This document shows, one piece after another, positions 41,969 through 53,325 of a DNA stretch of 64,000 bases (position 1 is the stretch's first letter; each line of letters opens with the position of its first letter). Under the pieces are notes generated by a model. That model was not told the origin of the DNA and did not search any database. It worked only from the letters and a program-made list of their open reading frames with translations. This stretch comes from Paraspadella gotoi. Its lineage: Eukaryota > Animalia > Chaetognatha. The DNA lies in NCBI GenBank assembly GCA_051294375.1, contig CM119264.1, positions 21,341,045 to 21,405,044 on the forward strand. Direction: 5' to 3'. A program made the translations under genes and the position numbers.

Positions 41969-43627
41969 TTCTTTCTTCTTCTTTCCCCCTTCATTCGTTT
42001 ATCTCGTATGCAAATCGTATCCTCCAGCGTCCACCAACTCACAAAGCCCCCTAGATCGCCCCCCCCCCACCCGTAAGCGATCGCTTTCCACTCTTCGCTC
42101 ATCAGTCTCTGTCACTAGGACGTCATAAGTCACGCGCGTTAGTCGCTTCAAGCTTTTCCCTTCTCACGAGGACCAACGCCGTCCTCACCAAGCGCGCCCC
42201 TCACCAAATGCGGATTCGCCTGCTCGCGTCCTCACCCAAACCGGTCACCCCTCTCTCACCGACAATTCTACTTTATTCACTTTTTCTCGAAAACAAACTT
42301 TACGTTACATTCTCACCCTCACGGCTTACCTCTTTCTTCCCACTTACTTTTGTTTTGAAGACCAAGAATTTCTGCGATTGCTTTGGGCGACAAAATCAAT
42401 CGATTCTTGCAGTAAAATATCAACGCATTTCTCAGTGTTCTTACCTTAAGTGATATTTTCACGTTTTTTTTTCTTTACAAAAGGTTTTAGCTCCGAAAAG
42501 CTTAGAGAGTCGATAAACTCAAAGGCAGTGGCAGCGTGCCTACGTTTACAAATAAGCGCCTTCTCCGCCTCTTGTCTTTTTTTTCAAATGTCATCATTTT
42601 TGGTTTAAACAGGTTAATTTTTCGTGAATCTTTTGACAAAGAAATTCAAAACAAGAATTTAGTGGTTCAACTTCTACGTACATTCCTACGTTGTTGAATT
42701 CCTCTCAAGAAGAGAAGAAAGTAGGAGTCATTACGTCACGCCCTCAACCGCGAAGGAGGAGATTGGAGAACCGGAGATCCTGGTGGAAATGGGGACATCG
42801 GAATTTCCGTCGCCCAGAGGTCGCGGAGCTAAGCCCCTTCTCCATTGCGAAGGTGCGAACGAGTGACTTAATTCCATTTGACTCAGCATTCTAGGATTTT
42901 TCGTGAAACTCAGCTTTTCCTCGTGTCCCCCCCTCCTCGGACAAAAAAAAATTATTAGAAATAAATTTTGAGGAATTTCTAGATAAAAAAAAGATTCATT
43001 TTGTCAAGTTTCGATTTCTCTTGTACAAAAAAAGAACTCATCGGGTTTCGATCCGCTATCCTCAAGAAGAGTCTCGAAAAAATCGAAAATCGATTCGAAT
43101 TTTTCACGCGCTTTTTGTTCTAAACAATTTATTTTTACTTTTATATTTACAATTTTTTTTAAAACCTTCTACTATAAGCAAATATACTAAACTATATTTA
43201 TATAATCTTTGATTTTTGTTTGTCACACTTAGCTTAACATTTGCATCCTTATTCCCAGATTTCGCTCCGTTGCATTTCGACGTCATCTTTTTCCCCTTAT
43301 GCCCACAACCTTTTTTTTCCCTCTTTCCATCTCGAGAGACTGCGAAATTCCATCCACAACGAGAATTCGAAGAAAAGAAAAAAAAAGTTGTTACATTTTC
43401 TTCGTCTTCGTCTTCGACCTTCTCCTCTTCCTCGTCCTCCTCCTCCTCCTCGTCCTCCTCTTCATCCAACTCCTCTAGACTACATCCTCCTCTTCTTCAT
43501 CTTCCTCTTCCTCCCACGGAGTTTTTTTTTCTTAACTGTAGTTACTTATCCTCTTCTCTCCATCCACCCAACTCCCCTTGACTCCGGAGTGAGAGACAAA
43601 AGAGCATCGACGGGCTCTCAGTTATAT

Positions 43628-43671
<44 letters not shown>

Positions 43672-44184
43672 GAGAGAGAAGAGAGAGAGAAGAGAGAGAA
43701 GAGAGGAAACAAGAACCAGTGAGGAATTTTGGAAGGGGGAAGAGGCGGGTGGGAGATGGGCTCCGCTCGGAGAGTGACGGGCGGAGGAATCGCGGAGGGG
43801 GTCAAAAGGTCAAAAGGTCAAATCAAAGAATCCTGGAGACGGGATTTCCGCGGTCCCCCACGAAATCAAAGAAAATTGATGAATCAGTGCTTGAGGCGGT
43901 GAAACGGAGGAGGCGGGGGTTGGCTGTGTGCAGGGTGTGCTATGTGAGGTGGGCGGTTGATCGAAGGCTAAAATAGTGAGGCTTACAATTCAACAAACTA
44001 ATGAGGAAGATATTAGATGATGTTTTGTAAGGTCATTTTCACAGAAACCATTTACTTCATACTTTAAAAAAATCATTTCTCGATCGAGGATCTTTTATCA
44101 TTAAGTTTAAAAGATAGACTTTTACTAGGATCGTGGTCTGAGAATTGAAAATTGAGGATCGGAGATTCGAGAAGCAAAGCTCAT

Positions 44185-44355
44185 TGACTAAGAATCAGGA
44201 GTCAAAGATCTGGCTTGGAGGATCAGGGATCTAGGATCAATGATCAGGGATCTAAGATCAATGATCAGGGATCGAGGAACAAGCATCAGGGATCGAGAAT
44301 CAGGGATAAAGAATCAAAGATTGAGAATCAGGGATAAAGAATCATGGATCGAGAA
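44185..44355. repeat. Degenerate ~20-bp tandem repeat (GATCAGGGATCxAGGATCAAT-like)
   Basis: Recurring ATCAGGGAT core. A noisier mirror copy lies at ~38405-38590. Confidence 0.7.
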
Positions 44356-44981
44356 GAGGCGTTTCCCGAAAATTGGCGACCAGGATTAATTGGAATCTCG
44401 GGAAAGGCGAGAAGAGGACGACCGGGGTGAGAAAGGCTGAGGACTGTGAAAGTGGGTAAGGCGTGCGTGATGAAAGTGGAGGTGAGAAAACCTTGGGTAA
44501 AGGGGCAAATGACGAATTGTGATTCTCACGGGTCATTCACTCCATGTTGGTTAGTTACAAAATGAGGGTTTTTTTTCTAAAAATTAATTTTATTTCGAGG
44601 AGCCAATCTTCAGTTACGAAAATGAAGCGAAAATGCGAGAAAAAATGAAAACAATCATGAATCTTTCGAGACATAAGATCTCCAAAGGATCGACTTTGGC
44701 CTCCTTGTCTCTAATTCTTCTTTTTTTCTCTCTTAATGTATCATTTATCATCATTTCATTACCATACTACAAAACTATGACACGTTGATGCGAGTCAATG
44801 ACAATGAAAGAAGTTGAGGGCGAAGAGAATGAGAGTCGAAGAACGCGAGATCGAATCCCACTCAATTAGGAGCAGGTGAGAAAAAAAAAGCAACGGGGTG
44901 GAATGGAAGTGAGAGAGAGACTGAGAGATAGAGGGAGAGAGAGAGATAGATAGAGAGAGAGAGAGAGATAGGGAGAGAGAT

Positions 44982-45036
<55 letters not shown>

Positions 45037-45529
45037 GAAAAAATGAATGAGAATAAAACGGAAAAAAATTAATATAAGTAAAATTGGACGAAATTATTAA
45101 TAGCGGAGACAAAGAAACCCGACTTGGTTAATATGAACTTCATTTCCCAAGAATGGTGGACAGCGAGGAGGGAGAGAACCGTTTCTAGGAAACACATGTA
45201 TGTCAATTTAATTTTCGCCATTGGTTTTACATAACAACCCAGATGATACATAGGCATAATTTAAAAGACCAAAAAAATACGGAGTAAAAGTTTTTCCCCA
45301 ATTTCCAGAGGCGGTAATATAACGATATCGTGTTATTGATTTATTACCTCTTCTTGTTTTCTCTTGTTTTTTTTTCGTCCGGCGCCATACCAACAAAAGC
45401 ACAAATAGATGCGTTATTTTTATGTTATATATATTTTTTAAATTTTTTAAATTATATAAATTGTTCTTATGAAAGGTTTTTTAAATCTCTTTTAAAACTC
45501 TTTTTTTTATAAAGATTTGTTGGCTTATA

Positions 45530-46499
45530 CAGATCTGCTTAAAAAAAAGTTTAAACTTTGAACCCCCTACTATCTCGCTTGTCTGTCGTCTTATTAATTA
45601 AAATTTGGGTTCATTTGAAAGCCAAAACAAATATCTTTCATCCCAGTCCATGAGGAGGTTTTTAGGCTAAATATTATAGAAGATGTGCTAAAATCAAAAA
45701 AAGGATCAAAAATTTGTCTTACAATTTTTTTTTGCAAAAACATTTTTTATCCATCTTTGTTTTTTGTTTTTTAATGTTTTTGTATCATGAAAACTTCAAA
45801 ACAGCTGATCCCCAAAAGGAAAGCTGCAATAGTTGAGCTTTGGAAGGGAGGTTTGTCAAGATATAGGATCGCCAGACAGTTTTATTTCCCTCTAACAACC
45901 ATCAGCAGAGTTGTCAACAAATTTGAAGCAACTGGACACCTTGAACATGCTGTTGGAAGCAGGCGGCCTTGCTTGTCCCCGGAGAGTGAGAACGATGATG
46001 TGGATAGTCTCGCAATTCAAGATTGTAAGGCTTCTAAAAGCCAGTTGGGAAAAAAATAAAGAGAAGAGGAAGTGTTGCCAGTTGTTCAACAGTGAATGGG
46101 CGACTTTTCATGGAGGATAAAGCTCTTGGATACAAAGCTAAAACCACTCAAAAATGTCATGAGGAAAATGGGATCGAGGTGCTCAAAGTTGGCCCAGAAA
46201 CTCACCTGACTGCAAGTTCATCGAAAATGTTTGGTCAAGGATGAAAAGGGATATTTTGCAGTATAACGCCATGACAGTCAACAAAATCTAAAAAAAATTA
46301 AAATGAATTTGGGGAGCTGTACACTTCATATTTGTGCAGCCCCTACAACTCTCTCCCTCATTGCAGGGAGGTGGTGCTGGAAGCTAATAATGGTTTGACA
46401 ATGTATTAATTAACTGAGTCCTAAAAAGTACTATTTTCCTTCAAATAACGAAATAAAATGCTTTTATCATAACTATTAAACTTTTTTTGAGCAGATCTG
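45530..46499 (+). mobile_element. Tc1-family DNA transposon, internally deleted, 970 bp (right-arm copy)
   Basis: TA|CAGATCTGCTTAAAAAAAAGTTTAA ... TTAAACTTTTTTTGAGCAGATCTG|TA: ~24-bp TIRs starting CAG, with TA duplication at 45528-45529 and 46500-46501. Confidence 0.92.
45787..46409 (+). pseudogene. Tc1 DD34E transposase remnant
   Basis: N-terminal paired-like HTH (AAIVELWKGGLSRYRIARQFYFPLTTISRVVNKFEATGHLEHAVGSRRP, degenerate GRPR). After frameshift correction, FMEDKALGYKAKTTQKCHEENGIEVLKWPxNSPDCKFIENVWSRMKR gives D-34-E spacing with a WPxxSPDxxxIENVW motif. Typical C-terminus VLEANNGLTMY*. The first catalytic D region is absent. Confidence 0.9.
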
Positions 46500-47032
46500 T
46501 ATATTTCTGAAACAATTTTTTTTATTACGATTTGGTTAAACTGGGGTTAGCTTATAAATAGTTATATAGTTATACATTTTTTTTAAATAAAATTTAAAAA
46601 ATTTGAAAAATAAGAATTTTTTTCACGATGCGTTGCTTCTCTACAAGAGAAATATATATGAACAAATCAAGAAAGGAGAGAGAGAGATAGAGAGAGAGGG
46701 AGATGGAGAGGGAGAGAGAAAGCACGTTGCGACAAGGGAAAAATAACAACTCAATTCATGGACGAAAATCTAGTTAAGCAAATTGCGCAGGGTGGAAATT
46801 CTTGGAATACCATATGGGGCCCATATTATATTATGAGGCCAATATTATAACCGATTTCTATTTTTCTGGTGGAAATAACGCTCGCTGTCGGTCTGCCCTT
46901 AATGTCTCCCTTAATGTCGCCAAAAAAAGAATTTCGCTGGATGCTGACGGAAATTTTTTTTATTTCCATCCGTTTTTATTTCATTTTATTTTATTTTATT
47001 TCATTTANNNNNNNNNNNNNNNNNNNNNNNNN

Positions 47033-47536
47033 AAAGAAGAGATGAATGATCCGTAGAGGCGCGACAGGAATTAGCGAGATAGAAGCTTTTTTTCATTCTT
47101 TTTTTTTTGTCGCAGAATCGGTGCAGCAGCGGCTAATACCTACTGCTCCGCTTGTGTCGGTCCGGTTCGATTTTAAAGACGAACCATTAAAAACACATTA
47201 AATGGTCTTTTGAGAGTATAGCAAGGTTTATTGACAAGAAAAAACGATTTTAAAGTCTTAGAACTTTGCACATATTCACATTTTTATTCTCGCTTATTTG
47301 TAAAGTTACATTTAGAAAAAACAGTGTTTTTTTGTTTTATTTAATTTTAAATGATTTTTTAATTTCAATTAATTTCAATTCCCGTCAGAAGAATTCCGTG
47401 ACTTTGGGTTGGGGTCATCTTGAATTTTCTTCAAGCCCCCGAGGAATATCTCTCTCTTTCTCTCTCTCTTACGCTCCTCTCACTCTCTCTCTCTTACGCT
47501 CTCTCTCTTCTCTCTCTCTCTCCTCCTCTCCTCCTC

Positions 47537-47589
<53 letters not shown>

Positions 47590-47604
47590 TCTCTCTCTCT
47601 CTCT

Positions 47605-47644
<40 letters not shown>

Positions 47645-48185
47645 CCCCATCCGAAAAATCGGGAGAAACAAGCCAAAAAATTGGAGAAAAAAAGTGGGAA
47701 GTTAAATAGAGAGAGAGAGAGAGAGAGCGTAAGAGAGAGAGAGTGAGAGAGAGCGTAAGAGAGAGAGAAAGAGAGAGATATTCCTCGGGGGCTTGAAGAA
47801 AATTCAAGATGACCCCAACCCAAAGTCACGGAATTCTCTGACGGAATTGAAATTAATTGAAATTAAAAAATCATTTAAAATTAAATAAAACAAAAAACAC
47901 TGATTTTTTTCTAAATTGTAACTTTACAAATAAGCGAGAATAAAAATTGTGAATATGTGCACAGTTATAATCTAAGACTTTAAAATCGTTTTTTCTTGTC
48001 ATAAACCTTGCTATACTCTCAAATAAGACCATTTAATGTGTTTTTAATGGTTCGTCTTTAAAATCGAACCGGACCGACACAGCGGAGCAGTAGGTATTAG
48101 CCGCTGCTGCACCGATTCTGCGACAAAAAAGATGAAAAAAAGCTTCTATCTCTGCTAATTCCCTGTCGCGCCCTCTAGATCATTA
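47033..48185. repeat. Repeat of 34990-35700 followed by a fold-back (arms ~47043-47510 and ~47708-48185)
   Basis: AAAGAAGAGATGAATGATCC restarts after both 25-N gaps (34990 and 47033). From 47708 the sequence is the reverse complement of 47043-47510. Confidence 0.93.
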
Positions 48186-48286
48186 TGGCGAAAAAACCTC
48201 TTCCCTTTTGTTTTTCTTCCGTGATATTAAGGATCTTCCTTTTTCATCAACGTCTTCGTCGCTTCTTTAAATGCAAACAATGATTC

Positions 48287-48909
48287 TTGTGATCCCGAAG
48301 AATTTTTTGGGAAAGCCCGAAAAAGAGAGGTGAGGGAGAATTTGTGCAAATTCAGCAGGCGAGGAACGACCGAACGACGACGACGACAGAGCCGAACCGA
48401 GTCGAGTTTCAGGGTCTTAATTCGAACTCAGGTGGGTAAAAGGTGCAGGAGTAAAAGGAAGAAGAGGAGGAGGAAGAGGAGAAAGCTAAGGAGGCGGAGG
48501 GGGATGAGGAACAGTGAGAGAGGGGGATGGCTAAATGGAATCACTGAGAGCAAAAGGTGTGTCTTGAAAGTTTTATTTCACCTACTCGCTCTGTCTCCGT
48601 GGCTTTGTGATTCCCGAAGAATTTTTTGGGAAAGCCCGAAAAAGAGAGGTGAGGGAGAATTTGTGCAAATTCAGCAGCGAGGAACGACGACGACGACGAC
48701 AGAGCCGAACCGAGTCGAGTTTCAGGGTCTTAATTCGAACTCAGGTGGGTAAAAGGTGCAGGAGTAAAAGGAAGAAGAGGAGGAGGAAGAGGAGAAGCTA
48801 AGGAGGCGGAGGGGGATGAGGAACAGTGAGAGAGGGGGATGGCTAAATGGAATCACTGAGAGCAAAAGGTGTGTCTTGAAAGTTTTATTTCACCTACTCG
48901 CTCTGTCTC
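48287..48909 (+). repeat. Tandem duplication, ~318-bp period, two copies
   Basis: TTGTGAT(T)CCCGAAGAATTTTTTGGG at 48287 and 48605. Both copies end CACCTACTCGCTCTGTCTC. Confidence 0.92.
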
Positions 48910-48928
48910 TCTCTCTCTCTCTTCTCTC

Positions 48929-48982
<54 letters not shown>

Positions 48983-49066
48983 ATGTTTCATTCTCTCCCT
49001 TTCATTCCTTCTGCATACCGAAGGCAAGATAACTCTTCTCCTCTCTCTCTGTCTGTCGCTCTCTAA

Positions 49067-49132
<66 letters not shown>

Positions 49133-49270
49133 CTCTTTCTCTTTCTTTCTCTCACTCTCTCTTNNNNNNNNNNNNNNNNNNNNNNNNNTCATTCGTCTTA
49201 TCGCAATCATCGACAACTCGAATACTTAAGGTATATATCACTTTGCAATTTTATTCACTTTATTTTTTAT

Positions 49271-49325
<55 letters not shown>

Positions 49326-51113
49326 GAGTGCTTTCTCAATTGCGCCACAAAGTTATTCGCGATGATTGGGGACGAAAATATTTTGCAGACATAATTTTTT
49401 TCTTTTCGAATTTTAATTTCAGTTCAGCCTAAAATGGACACGCACGTTTTTTTCTTAAGAGAATTCCCTCTCTCCTCTCACCTTCTCTCTCTCTCTATTT
49501 TCTTTTTCTCTCTTTATTTTTCATCCTCCCCCTCCCTTTCTCTTTCTCTCCAATCGATAACTTCGGTTTTCATGCGACGTCTCTGTCTCTCTCCCGCGGG
49601 CGTCTCATCAAAACGGTGATATCGTCACGCCACAAGATTTGCAATCAAACGTCACGTTGCGTCAACGGAATCAAAATTTCGCCCCCAAATATTTTTTTTG
49701 ACAAAATTTTATTTCAGGAATAATGATAAAAACGAAAAAATCGATAAAATTGCATGACTAAAGTAAAACAAAAACAAAAAGAGGATCAACTTTCGGTTAA
49801 CTCAGATTATTTGATTTTTTAAGTGAAATTTGCTAACTTCATGTAGTAGGCATTTCTCAACACAAACTCGCCAAGAGCATGGCTCGAAAAAATAACATTT
49901 TTTTTTAGATAAGGAAAAAAAAAAGAAAATCAACAAACACGCTACAAAACTGATAATGAAGAACGTCCTGAGGACAGCATTACACAATATTATAGATATT
50001 TTGACTTAATTTTCTTTTTTAAATTATTGAACACAAAACGCTTAACAATACCACGAGATCGCACAAAGCTGTTCCTTTGTTTTCCCATCACCTTCCTGTC
50101 ACCTGAATAAACTCGTCACCAAAAATTTTCTGCGACGTTTGCGACGCTTTTTGAAAATTTCTGGCAAATATCTAACCAAGTTCCTAACCCAACCAACGAG
50201 ACAAGATTTTTGGCAAAGATTTTCCTAAATCATGTCACCAAGAGGAAGACGACGATTTTAATCTCGTCGGAATTCTGCCAATAGCGCAAACATTCTTCGT
50301 CGACTCAATTCTCAACGGGCGCACCTTGCCCTCGTAAAAATCGAACGATTTTAAAATGTTTAAAAGAGAAAATCTCGAATTGAACAAATCGGAGAGACGA
50401 ATCCTTTCTCACGTCGCTGATTCTTAGTTGGATCGAATAGCGCACGAAGTTAAATGGAGCGCGACTCTGAGAGAAATCCACCCTCTCTCTCTTTTTATTT
50501 TTTTTTTAAATTTTCTCTTTTTGATAAATAACTCTAAAAGAAAAAGATAATGAACTCCTTGATTCTGATTCGCCTTCGAGATTGGAAGGGAAGGAGAACC
50601 AGTTTAAGGTGCGCCCGTCCGGAGATTCAAGTTCGAACGAAGAATTTTACTACGAGGACGAAGAACCTGACGAGGATTTCGGGATCGAACTTTAACTAAA
50701 ACTGTCGGCCGCCGAAAAAAAAGGGGAATCGGTGGCCGACACAAAACAAGGCTTGTTTTTATCGAGACGACAAACAGAGATCGTTGGGACGACAGGCGGG
50801 AAAAAAACAATTTCTGTGAGAGGAAAAAAGAACCGGTTTCCACCGACTGTTCCCGACTTTTCCACATTCGACGGCTAAAGTTTACTCTCTGTACTTTTCT
50901 CATTCGAAAACAACGAAAACCTTTTTTCGTGAAAAGAGATTTCAAAAACACAGTTCAACAACAGCGACAACAAGGAACAACAGCAACTAAGAAATTGAAC
51001 GAGGACGAAGTTGCGCTTCAATTTATTTTTCTTCCGAATCACCGAAGCGTTAAAGAAAACAAGAAAGACTTTAAGCGACACGTACTCCTTCATTGTGTCC
51101 TAAAATATCTGTG

Positions 51114-51159
<46 letters not shown>

Positions 51160-51192
51160 GTCTCTCTCTCTCTCTCCTCCTCTCTCTTCTCT

Positions 51193-51228
<36 letters not shown>

Positions 51229-51230
51229 CT

Positions 51231-51271
<41 letters not shown>

Positions 51272-51891
51272 ATCTAACTCAATAAAAAAGATAAAAAATA
51301 ACTAAAATTCAAATCTGAAACAAAGAACCCCCAAAAGAAACGCAAGTCGTCAAAATTTGTCACAAAAATAAAAAATAAGAAAAAAAAAGTTTAAAAAATA
51401 TCGACCCAAAAAAGTTGAATAAAAAATATTTCGAAAACAAAAAAGAATTAAAGAATAAAAAAAATGTCTCTGGAAGAAAAAAAGGAGGCGGAAAAAAAAA
51501 CAAGAACAGAAAAAAAAAAAAAAAGGAAAAAAAAAAAAAAAAAAAAAGATAAAAAAATAAAGACAGATGTAAAAAGAAGAAAGTAAAAAAAAGAAAAAAA
51601 AAAAATAAGTATGAAAAACATACGAGCCCCAAAGAAAGTTTGAGAATAGAAGAAGAAATGAAAAAAAAAAAAAGAAAAAAAAGAATAAAGAAGAAAAAAA
51701 AACAAAAGGCACGAGGAAGGAGGAGGAGGAAGAGGAGGAAGAGAAGAAGAAGAAAGAATTCTTCGAAGACACGATGACGGGGGAGATGGCATCGGCACGA
51801 CAACCAAATGAAAAGTATGCAGCTGATTCCGCCTTTTTTTTCTTTCACAGTCTTTGCATCTGTGAGACCCAAAATCTGTCTTTATTTCTTC

Positions 51892-51928
<37 letters not shown>

Positions 51929-52140
51929 CTCTTCTTCTCTCTCTCTCCTCTCTTCTCTCTCTCTCTCTCTCTCTTCTCTCTCTAGGTTCTTTCTCTCTCT
52001 CATTCGCTTTCAATTTTTTTCGTTGTTTTTTTTTTTGCCATTCAACTACTACTACTTTTTTCAACTTTCTTTATTACTTATGTATATTAAAAAAATGTTT
52101 TAAAGGTCAACGTTAACGAGATTTTAAATCTAATACATTC

Positions 52141-52221
52141 TACTACATCTACTACATCTACTACATCTACTTCATCTACTACATCTACTTCATCTACTAC
52201 ATCTACTACATCTACTACATC
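52141..52221. repeat. 9-bp tandem repeat (TACTACATC)n
   Basis: About 9 units, in the intron upstream of the TPD52 coiled-coil exon. Confidence 0.9.
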
Positions 52222-52380
52222 TTTGCCTGCTTCCATGCATTCAACTATTTCTTATTTTTATTTTTCTGTTTCTTTTATATTTCTACATCATTTAAAAAAT
52301 CGTTCAAGCTTTTTAACAACATTTTTATTCTTTTTCTTTCTTTTTCTGCCGTGAACATCCTTTCCTTCTTTCCAATCAAG

Positions 52381-52562
52381 ATTCCGTCCAAATATCTCCG
52401 GAAGTCGCTGCGCAGCGACGCCGCGTAGCGTCCGAGTTAGCGAAGACAGAACACGAGATTCAAACACTGCGTCTCGTTTTGGATTCGAAGGAACGAAGGG
52501 CGGAGACGCTGAGGACGAAGTTGGGTATCACGCCTTACCAACTCTTCAAGTCGGACGTGAAG
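52381..52562 (+). CDS. TPD52: Tumour protein D52 family, coiled-coil exon (internal, phase 1 to phase 0)
   Basis: Pyrimidine tract then TCAAG| acceptor, and AAG|GTGAGG donor. Translates xSVQISPEVAAQRRRVASELAKTEHEIQTLRLVLDSKERRAETLRTKLGITPYQLFKSDVK, matching the TPD52 signature ELAKVEEEIQTLRQVLAAKERxxxELKRKLGITP. Missed by the ORF track (no ATG). The symbol is a family-level call. Confidence 0.9.
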
Positions 52563-53203
52563 GTGAGGTCGGCGGGTGAGTTCGTTTTGAAGACGGAATG
52601 GAGTCATTGGCAAAAATACTTTATATTTTAAGAAAACCTGTAAATGTAAGGATGAATAAAACTAAAAAAGAACGGGAAAAAGATAGCCGGTGAGTTATTT
52701 AGATGTTGTAAAAAGATCCACCTAGTGGGGGGTAAAGAATCAAAATGCATATATGGATTTTTTGGGGAAAGAAAAATGCGGAAATCGTCTTGGAACCGTT
52801 TTTGGAGATCGTTTTCCTATCACCGCTTAGCTACGGGGAAAAGACCCGGAGTTGCTAGGAAAGAAATAAATGAAAGGAAAAAAAAGATGAATGGAAAGAA
52901 ATGGAGAGAAAATGGGAAAATGGAAAAAAATGGAAGCCAGGGAAGAAGGAAGAAATCTAGGATTGTGTTTGTAAATAAATTGTATTAGTTGTATTACAGC
53001 GAAAGACAAACGAAGGTCGAAACGATGACCAAAAAAATTAAATAATGTTTTTTTAATCGTGCTACTTTATTAGATTGCTACCCTACTTGAAAGAAAGTTC
53101 TTGTCGAACTAAAAACAACCAATGAACTTGTAAAGCGGCGTCGATCAGACTTGGAACGACGCCGAACGTCGCCAACTATTTGGAACGGGGCGACACTCGA
53201 AAC

Positions 53204-53325
<122 letters not shown>

